Origin: Pseudomonadota bacterium
GTDB lineage: Bacteria; Bdellovibrionota_G; JALEGL01; DATDPG01
Direction: 5' to 3'
NCBI GenBank assembly: GCA_043809315.1
Contig: JAZDDX010000007.1
Span: 71,076-135,075, forward strand
Length of the DNA: 64,000 nucleotides
Made by a program: the position numbers and the translations under genes. Under the pieces are notes generated by a model. That model ran no database searches. It saw only the letters and a list, made by a program, of their open reading frames with translations, and had not been told where the DNA came from. How positions within the stretch are numbered: position 1 is the stretch's first letter; every line of letters begins with the position of its first letter. Shown in pieces: positions 57,256 through 64,000 of this stretch.

Positions 57256-59877
57256 TTATTTGATCGCGTTGGCGATCGCTTCCAACGCCGCCGGTAGAAG
57301 GTCGGCGTTCGGACCCCCAGCTTGAGCCATGTCGGGCCTTCCCCCTCCGGAACCTCCGAGCGTTTTAGCGGCCGCGCTGACCAGATCGCCGGCGCGGACG
57401 CGCCCGACGAGATCCTTCGAAACTTTCACGACGACGAACCCCTTCCCATCCTGCTTCGCTCCGAGCGCCACGACGCCGCTCCCGACCTTCTCGAGCTGAC
57501 GATCGGCCAGGTCACGCAATCCCTTGGCGTCGACCTCCCCGACCTCCCAGCGAAGGAACCGAACACCGTTCACATTCGTGACCGAAGCTTCCCCTGCCGC
57601 GGAAGGGACGGACGAAGCTCCCTTTTTCTTCATCTCTTTCTGTTGTTTGAGAATCGTTTCAATGCGCCCGACCACGTCGTCGGCGGACGAACCCAGAAGA
57701 CCGGCGACCGCCCTAAGACGTTTTTCAATCTCCGAGAGATGGTGCAACGCCCGATGTCCCGTCACCGCTTCGATCCTGCGGATTCCGGCCGCCACGGAGG
57801 CTTCCTTCACGATCTTGAAAAGACCGACCTCCCCCGTCCGGGAGAGATGCGTTCCACCGCAGAGTTCTTTCGAGTAATCACCGACCGTGATTACGCGCGC
57901 CGTCTTCCCATATTTTTCGTCAAAGAGAGCGGTCGCCCCCGATTGGAGTGCCTTCTCGATCGGCATTTCTTCTGTCTCCACCCGCGCATCGCTCCAGATC
58001 CGCTCGTTGATCTTTTGGTCGATCGCGGCGAGTTCCGCCTCGCCGACAGCCGACGGATGAACGAAGTCGAACCGGAGACGTTCCGGGGAGACCCACGATC
58101 CTTTCTGTTCGACGTGGGACCCTAGAACCTCGCGGAGGGTCGCGTGCAGGATGTGTGTGGCGGTGTGGTTCTTGGTGGTCCCCTCGCGGGCTTTCGTATC
58201 GACCGAAAAGAGCGCCTCAGCCCCGGCCCAGACCTCCCCGTCGGTCACCCGGCACTTGTGAAGGAGAATTCCGGGAGCCGGTTTCTTGGTATCGATTACC
58301 TCGAGCGAAAACCCCTCTCCCGAGATCGTGCCGATGTCTCCCACCTGCCCGCCCGCTTCGCCGTAGAACGGCGTCCGGTCGGATAAGAGTTCGACTTCGT
58401 CCCCCTCCTTGGCGTCAGCCACCACCTCCCCGCCCCGGACCAGGAATCGGATCTTTCCACTCGAAGCGAGTTCGTCGTACCCTAGGAATTCGCTCTTCTC
58501 TTTCTTGGCGACCCAGCCGGCCACCAGGCCGTCGATCACGTTCGTCGCAGAGCCTTTCCAGCTTCCGCGCGCCTTCTCACGATGGAGAGCAAATGCCTCT
58601 TCGAACCCCTCGTCGTCGAGCGACAGCCCCTGTTCCCGGAGAATGTCGGCCGTCAGATCTTTCGGGAACCCATACGTGTCGTAGAGACGGAACGAGACCG
58701 CCCCGGAAAGAGTCGAACCTCCCTCTTTCTTGAGCTTCGTGATTTCCGTCTCCAAGAGACTGAGACCGCGATCGATCGTCTCCGCGAACCGTTCCTCCTC
58801 TCGGCGGATCGACGAGAAAATCACAGAGGCGTTCTTCTTGAGCTCGCCGAAGTGACCCCCCATTTTTTCGACCACCGTTTTCGAAAGTTCCGACAGTCCG
58901 GTCTCCGAGATCCCTGCCTTGCGCGCGTGTCGCATCCCCCGGCGCATGATCCGTCGTAGGACGTATCCGCGCCCCTCGTTCGAAGGGTGAACCCCGTCGG
59001 CGATCAGGAACGTCATCGCCCGGACGTGATCGGCCACGATCCGCATCGAAATCTTCGTCTCGTCCGATGCCTTCTTCCAGTAATCCGTTCCGGAAAGGGT
59101 GGAGATCTTCTGAAAGATTTCCTGGAAGAGGTCGGTCTCGTAGTTGCTCGCCTTCCCTTGCGTGATCGCCGTCACCCGCTCGAGCCCCATCCCGGTGTCG
59201 ATCGACGGCTTCGGGAGCTTGTTGCGGGTTCCATCGGGCTTCCGTTCGAACTCCATGAAGACCAGATTCCAGAATTCGATGTACCGGTCGCAGTCGCACC
59301 CGACGTCGCACCCCGGCTTGCCGCAACCGACCGACTCCCCCTGATCGAAGAAGATCTCGGAGCACGGACCGCACGGCCCCGTCTCCCCCATCGCCCAGAA
59401 GTTGTCTTTCTCCCCGAAGCGATAGATCCGCTTCGGGTCGAGGCCGATTTTCTTGTTCCAGATCTTGAACGCCTCGCCGTCGTCGGTGAAAATCGAGACG
59501 TACAGCCGCTCTTCCGGAAGGCGCAACTCCTTCGTCACGAACTCCCAAGCCAGGCGGATCGCCTCTTCCTTGAAGTAGTCGCCGAACGAGAAGTTCCCGA
59601 GCATCTCGAAAAAAGTGTGGTGCCGCGCGGTCCGTCCGACGTTCTCGAGGTCGTTGTGCTTCCCTCCCGCACGGACGCATTTCTGCGAGGAGGCGGCGCG
59701 CTTGTACTCGCGCTTCTCCTGCCCGGTGAAGACCCCTTTGAATTGGTTCATCCCGGCGTTGATGAAGAGGAGGGTCGGATCGAGACGCGGGACGAGAGGA
59801 GCGCTGGGTACGATCCGGTGCCCATTTTTTTCGAAGAACCGAAGAAACTTTTCGCGAATTTCGCTAGAAGCGCTCAA
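57256..59877 (-). CDS. alaS: Alanine--tRNA ligase
   Basis: DPTLLFINAGM, RHHTFFEMLGNFSFGDYFK, DTGMGLER, HTATH, ELCGGTH, GGGRPDMAQAGG; TTG start. Confidence 0.98.
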   Translation of the reverse strand: MSASSEIREKFLRFFEKNGHRIVPSAPLVPRLDPTLLFINAGMNQFKGVFTGQEKREYKRAASSQKCVRAGGKHNDLENVGRTARHHTFFEMLGNFSFGDYFKEEAIRLAWEFVTKELRLPEERLYVSIFTDDGEAFKIWNKKIGLDPKRIYRFGEKDNFWAMGETGPCGPCSEIFFDQGESVGCGKPGCDVGCDCDRYIEFWNLVFMEFERKPDGTRNKLPKPSIDTGMGLERVTAITQGKASNYETDLFQEIFQKISTLSGTDYWKKASDETKISMRIVADHVRAMTFLIADGVHPSNEGRGYVLRRIMRRGMRHARKAGISETGLSELSKTVVEKMGGHFGELKKNASVIFSSIRREEERFAETIDRGLSLLETEITKLKKEGGSTLSGAVSFRLYDTYGFPKDLTADILREQGLSLDDEGFEEAFALHREKARGSWKGSATNVIDGLVAGWVAKKEKSEFLGYDELASSGKIRFLVRGGEVVADAKEGDEVELLSDRTPFYGEAGGQVGDIGTISGEGFSLEVIDTKKPAPGILLHKCRVTDGEVWAGAEALFSVDTKAREGTTKNHTATHILHATLREVLGSHVEQKGSWVSPERLRFDFVHPSAVGEAELAAIDQKINERIWSDARVETEEMPIEKALQSGATALFDEKYGKTARVITVGDYSKELCGGTHLSRTGEVGLFKIVKEASVAAGIRRIEAVTGHRALHHLSEIEKRLRAVAGLLGSSADDVVGRIETILKQQKEMKKKGASSVPSAAGEASVTNVNGVRFLRWEVGEVDAKGLRDLADRQLEKVGSGVVALGAKQDGKGFVVVKVSKDLVGRVRAGDLVSAAAKTLGGSGGGRPDMAQAGGPNADLLPAALEAIANAIK

Positions 59878-61048
59878 TTTTTATTCCGCCCGAAGGGTCG
59901 CCCCCCCCCTCTTTGCCACCGCCACCGCCGCTGCGCGCTTTTTCGAAGTCGTCCCAGCTGGTGTCGGAAGTGGAGGAGACCCCCTTCACGCGGAGCGCGA
60001 AGTCGTCGGGGTTGGAGCTCTGCCGGAGCGCCTCTTCATACGTGATCAGTTTGTGGCTCAAAAGACCCATCAGGGACTGGTCGAACGTCTGCATCCCGTA
60101 CGATACGAATCCCTGTGAGATCGCGTCGTGGATCTCTTTCGTCCGCTGATCGCTCTCGACCAGTTCCCGGATCCGGCTCGTCGCAACGAGAACCTCGCAG
60201 GCGGGAACGCGCCCGCGGCCGTCGACCTTCGGAACGAGTCGCTGGGAAACGATCGCCTTCAAGACCGCGCCGAGCTGCAGTCGAACCTGCTTCTGCTGAT
60301 ACGGCGGGAAGACGGAGATGATCCGGTTGATCGTCTCCGTGGCGTCGAGGGTGTGAACGGTCGACATGACGAGGTGTCCGGTTTCGGCCGCAAGCAGCGC
60401 CGTCTCGATCGTCTCGAGGTCCCGCATTTCGCCGACCAGAATGACGTCGGGATCCTGTCGCAACGCCGAGCGAAGCGCCTGCGAGAACGAGATCGTGTCG
60501 ACCCCGACCTCCCGTTGGTTCACGATGCACCGTTTGTCGCGGATCAGGAATTCGATCGGGTCTTCGATCGTCATGATGTGGGCCGTCCGCCGGGCGTTGA
60601 TGAAGTCGATCATCGACGCGAGCGTGGTCGATTTCCCGGAGCCGGTCGTGCCGGTCACCAGAACCAACCCGCGACGTTCCAGGGCGATCTTCTCGACCAC
60701 TTTCGGGAGGTTCAGCTCGTCGATCGATGCGATTTTGAACGGGATCACGCGGAGTACGATCCCGACGGTGCCGCGCTGCTGGAAGCAGTTCACGCGGAAG
60801 CGCCCCACACCGGGGACGCCGTACGCCATGTCGATCTCGTTGTACTCCTTGAACTTCTCCGCCTGGTAGGAGTTCATGATCGAGGCGCCGATCTTCGCCA
60901 CCTCCTCCGGATTCAAGCGCTTCCCGTCTTTCAGGGGAAGAAGAGCGCCGTCGATCCGGAACATCGGTGGAAGCCCCGCCTTTAAGTGGACATCGGAGGC
61001 ATTCCCTTTGACCGCGACCTTCAGGAGCTCGTTTAGATCGATGTCCAT
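59864..61048 (-). CDS. pilT: Type IV pilus retraction ATPase (PilT/PilU family)
   Basis: ASDVHL, GTTGSGKSTT, TIEDPIE, ALRQDPDVILVGEMRD, AETGHL, GMQTFDQ. Confidence 0.93.
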   Translation of the reverse strand: MDIDLNELLKVAVKGNASDVHLKAGLPPMFRIDGALLPLKDGKRLNPEEVAKIGASIMNSYQAEKFKEYNEIDMAYGVPGVGRFRVNCFQQRGTVGIVLRVIPFKIASIDELNLPKVVEKIALERRGLVLVTGTTGSGKSTTLASMIDFINARRTAHIMTIEDPIEFLIRDKRCIVNQREVGVDTISFSQALRSALRQDPDVILVGEMRDLETIETALLAAETGHLVMSTVHTLDATETINRIISVFPPYQQKQVRLQLGAVLKAIVSQRLVPKVDGRGRVPACEVLVATSRIRELVESDQRTKEIHDAISQGFVSYGMQTFDQSLMGLLSHKLITYEEALRQSSNPDDFALRVKGVSSTSDTSWDDFEKARSGGGGGKEGGGDPSGGIKIERF

Positions 61049-62116
61049 TTATTTCTTGTCCTTGCCGTTTCCCTTTTCCGTTTTGGGTGGTTCCACGGCC
61101 AGAGATTTGAGCGCTGCCGGGGGTTTGATCCCCGCCGCCGTGTACAACTCCGTCTCCAGCTTCGTCATCAGCTCCGGCTGGGCCTTCAGGAACGCCCTCG
61201 CGTTCTCACGCCCCTGACCGAGCCGCTCCCCTTTGTAGGCGAACCAGGTGCCGGTCTTCTCGATCAACCCCCGCTCGGCGCACAGGTCGAGAATATCCCC
61301 CGCGCGGGAAAACCCTTCCCCGTAAATGATGTCGAGTTCGACCTTCTTGAACGGGGCCGCCATCTTGTTCTTGACCACCTTGATCTGCGTGCGGGAGCCG
61401 ATCACATCCTCCCCCTCTTTGAGGGCGCCGATCCGGCGGATGTCGATCCGGACCGAAGAGTAGAATTTGAGGGCGTTCCCGCCGGTCGTCGTCTCCGGGT
61501 TCCCGAACATGACGCCGATCTTCATCCGGATCTGGTTGATGAAGATGACGGTCGTGAGCGATTTCGAAATCCCCGCGGTCAGCTTCCTTAAGGCTTGGGA
61601 CATCAGTCTCGCCTGCAACCCCATATGGGCGTCCCCCATCTCACCGTCCAGTTCGGCTCGGGGGGTCAGCGCCGCCACGGAGTCGATGACGACGACGTCG
61701 ATCGCCCCGGAACGGACCAGTGTTTCGGTGATCTCGAGCGCCTGCTCGCCGCTGTCCGGTTGTGAAAGCAGGAGATCGTCGACCCGGACTCCGAGCTTGC
61801 CGGCATACGTGAGATCGAGGGCGTGTTCGGCGTCGATGAACGCCGCCACACCGCCGCGTTTCTGGGATTCCGCGATCACATGGAGCGCCAGCGTGGTCTT
61901 CCCGCTTGCTTCCGGCCCGTACACCTCGATCACCCGCCCACGCGGGAAACCGCCGATCCCGAGTGCCAGGTCGAGAGAAATCGATCCGGTCGGGATGATC
62001 GGAACGTCCCGAACCCGCGTCTCTTCCGCGCCCAAGCGCATGATCGATCCCTTGCCAAACTGTTTTTCGATCGCCGCTACCGCCAGATCGATCGCTTTTT
62101 CCCGATTCAGGTCCAT
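61049..62116 (-). CDS. recA: Recombinase A
   Basis: [50 protein letters not shown]. Confidence 0.99.
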   Translation of the reverse strand: MDLNREKAIDLAVAAIEKQFGKGSIMRLGAEETRVRDVPIIPTGSISLDLALGIGGFPRGRVIEVYGPEASGKTTLALHVIAESQKRGGVAAFIDAEHALDLTYAGKLGVRVDDLLLSQPDSGEQALEITETLVRSGAIDVVVIDSVAALTPRAELDGEMGDAHMGLQARLMSQALRKLTAGISKSLTTVIFINQIRMKIGVMFGNPETTTGGNALKFYSSVRIDIRRIGALKEGEDVIGSRTQIKVVKNKMAAPFKKVELDIIYGEGFSRAGDILDLCAERGLIEKTGTWFAYKGERLGQGRENARAFLKAQPELMTKLETELYTAAGIKPPAALKSLAVEPPKTEKGNGKDKK

Positions 62117-63393
62117 GACTTCTCCTTTACATCCTTCGACAGCCGGAGCCGCTCCGCCAGACGGAGGAGACCCCGTAACGACTCAAAAACGGCCATCATT
62201 CTATTTCGATTCCGGTCCCAGCGGAACTGATATCTCGCAACCTCCGTCCCCGCCGGTCCGGCCCATGCCACGTACGTGAGCCCCACCGGTTTCTTTTCCG
62301 TCGCCCCGGTCGGCCCTGCGATCCCGGTGGTCGCGACCGCCACCTCCGTTCCGGCGCGGCTTTTCGCCCCCGCCACCATCTCCGCGGCACACTCTTCCGA
62401 AACCGCCCCGTGCCGCGCAAGCGTTTCCTCCGACACACCGAGAAGCTCGATTTTCGAACGGTCGCTGTACGTCACGAACCCCCGCTCGAAAACGGACGAA
62501 CTTCCCGGGACATCCACGATCTTCCCGGCGAGAATCCCGCCGGTCATCGACTCCGCAACGGCCAGATGGAGACCGATCTCGGCGAACTCCCGGACCACTC
62601 TTCCCTCGATCGTCTCGGCGTCGAGAGAAACCAAATACTCCCCCAGCTCCTTCCGGACCGCGGTATCGGCTTTTCCCAGCAAACGGAGCGCCGACCCCCC
62701 CGGCTTGGCAACGACCGAAAGCGTGACGTCGATCTGCGGGAACGACTCGGTGTAGGCGATCCGGATCTCCCCTCCCGAGATCTTCGGAAGCGCACATCGG
62801 TCGACCGCTTCCTCGACGTACGATTCTGGCAGGCCGAGGAGATGATAGCTCCGCTCGAGGCGCCGACCCGAGGTGCCGAGCCGCTTCTCGATCTCCGGCA
62901 GGACCCCTTTCTCGAACAGAGGGATCATCTCCCGCGGCGGGCCGGGGAGACAGGCGACCAACTTCCCCTTCTCCTCGATGAGGCACCCTGGAGCCGTCCC
63001 GTATTCGTTGGGGATCTCCATCGCCCCCTTCGGGAGGTTCGCCTGCCGTTTCTGCGAATCGAGGATCCGGAAGCCGCGCTTCGAAAGACGTTCCTCGAGT
63101 TTGGTCCAGATCTCGGGGCGGAACTCTAGATCTCGCCCGAGGGCGCGCGCCGCTGCTTCGAACGTGATGTCGTCCGCCGTCGGCCCCAACCCCCCGGTCG
63201 AGATCACGACGTCGGAACGAGTGAGCGCCAGCTGAAAGGCCGCAACGATCTCCTCCATCCGGTCGGTGGTCGACTGCCGGTAGCGTGGAGGAACTCCGAG
63301 CGCCGTGAACCGACGTCCCAGCCAGGCCATGTTCGTGTCGATCCGCCGGCCGTCGAGCAGCTCGTCCCCGAGGGTCAAAACCTCGACGATCAC
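62107..63393 (-). CDS. cinA: CinA family protein (MoCF-like plus NMN deamidase PncC domain)
   Basis: GDELL.G..DTN, TGGLGPT.DD.T, N..GTAPG, LPGPP.EM, AES.TGG, GAVS, TGIAGP.G; GTG 63393. Confidence 0.93.
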   Translation of the reverse strand: MIVEVLTLGDELLDGRRIDTNMAWLGRRFTALGVPPRYRQSTTDRMEEIVAAFQLALTRSDVVISTGGLGPTADDITFEAAARALGRDLEFRPEIWTKLEERLSKRGFRILDSQKRQANLPKGAMEIPNEYGTAPGCLIEEKGKLVACLPGPPREMIPLFEKGVLPEIEKRLGTSGRRLERSYHLLGLPESYVEEAVDRCALPKISGGEIRIAYTESFPQIDVTLSVVAKPGGSALRLLGKADTAVRKELGEYLVSLDAETIEGRVVREFAEIGLHLAVAESMTGGILAGKIVDVPGSSSVFERGFVTYSDRSKIELLGVSEETLARHGAVSEECAAEMVAGAKSRAGTEVAVATTGIAGPTGATEKKPVGLTYVAWAGPAGTEVARYQFRWDRNRNRMMAVFESLRGLLRLAERLRLSKDVKEKSWT

Positions 63394-63857
63394 AGGAGCG
63401 CCTCGAGACGAAGGCCCGCACGAAGAATGAGCTGCGCGTAGATCCCGCAGACGACGTCGTCGAAGATCACGCCGCGGGCGCCGGGCCACCGCGCATCGAT
63501 ATAATTCGCAGGAAACGGTTTGAAGATGTCGAGCGCGCGAAAGACGAGGAACCCGGCCAGAATGAGGGCTGGCGTCGGCTGGAAGGCCAAGAGCGTGATC
63601 CACATCCCTGCCACCTCGTCGATGACGATCCGGGAATCGTCATGAGTCCCGGCGGCCCGCTCCACCTCTCTCGCCGCCCAGAGACCCACGACGATCGCCA
63701 ACACGATGGCAAGAAGATGGACCGGCCAGGCAAACCGGCCCAAGTAGAAAAAGGCGACCGCCGCTACAAACGATCCGGCCGTCCCCGGAGCGATCGGCGA
63801 ATACCCGGCGCCGGCGGCCGTGGCGAAGAAAAAACCGAGGCGGGTCGTAAGCGTCAT
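63390..63857 (-). CDS. pgpA: Phosphatidylglycerophosphatase A
   Basis: APGTAGS, IVIDEVAG, FR.LDI.KPFP, DD..G. Start ATG 63857 or 63914. Confidence 0.93.
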   Translation of the reverse strand: MTLTTRLGFFFATAAGAGYSPIAPGTAGSFVAAVAFFYLGRFAWPVHLLAIVLAIVVGLWAAREVERAAGTHDDSRIVIDEVAGMWITLLAFQPTPALILAGFLVFRALDIFKPFPANYIDARWPGARGVIFDDVVCGIYAQLILRAGLRLEALL

Positions 63858-63926
63858 CCTGCGCGACGGACGCGCAATTTCCGGGCCGACCTTGCCGATT
63901 CTCTTTTTCTTCATCGGATTCGAAAC

Positions 63927-64000
63927 TTAGCTGAGAACGTCGATCTTCAACAGCCGGATCGGGCTTCGAAAACCGGTCGTAAGGGTCTGGTTTCGGGTAC
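63927..64000 (-). CDS. 3' end of an unidentified gene running off the window
   Basis: Open frame ...TRNQTLTTGFRSPIRLLKIDVLS-TAA just upstream of pgpA. Confidence 0.4.
   Translation of the reverse strand, partial: TRNQTLTTGFRSPIRLLKIDVLS

Overview
A 64-kb, GC-rich, gene-dense bacterial chromosome segment of about 67 CDS, one tRNA-Leu(GAG) and the rpsB (t44-type) leader. The gene content suggests, by inference, a Deltaproteobacteria-like lineage (Bdellovibrionota/Myxococcota-type): short EF-Ts, recA-pilT-alaS, an AglRQS-like ExbB/ExbD/ExbD triad, MJ0042 zinc-ribbon, many PilZ and FHA proteins, and orphan CpaF and pilins. Most of it is housekeeping: greA, ispG, asnS, rpsB-tsf-pyrH-frr-uppS-dxr-rseP-tsaB-lepB, mutY, nagZ/dacB, bamD, alaS, recA, cinA, pgpA. 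I saw no CRISPR array, IS element, integrase or prophage. Most notable observations: (1) a histidine-phosphatase ORF whose only standard start codons lie upstream of or inside a complete tRNA-Leu gene read in frame; (2) a three-gene, five-FHA-domain cluster converging on a type IV pilin; (3) a large orphan lipoprotein with a sigma-54 promoter plus candidate IHF and enhancer sites, next to the AglRQS-like motor; (4) a HigBA-like toxin-antitoxin pair followed by a degenerate TnsA/gp4-like nuclease just downstream of comM; (5) repeated leaderless-type promoter architecture; (6) an in-frame lapA-TAG-ATG-lapB junction with an anchorless LapB. All functional calls come from motif recognition by eye; no searches were run.
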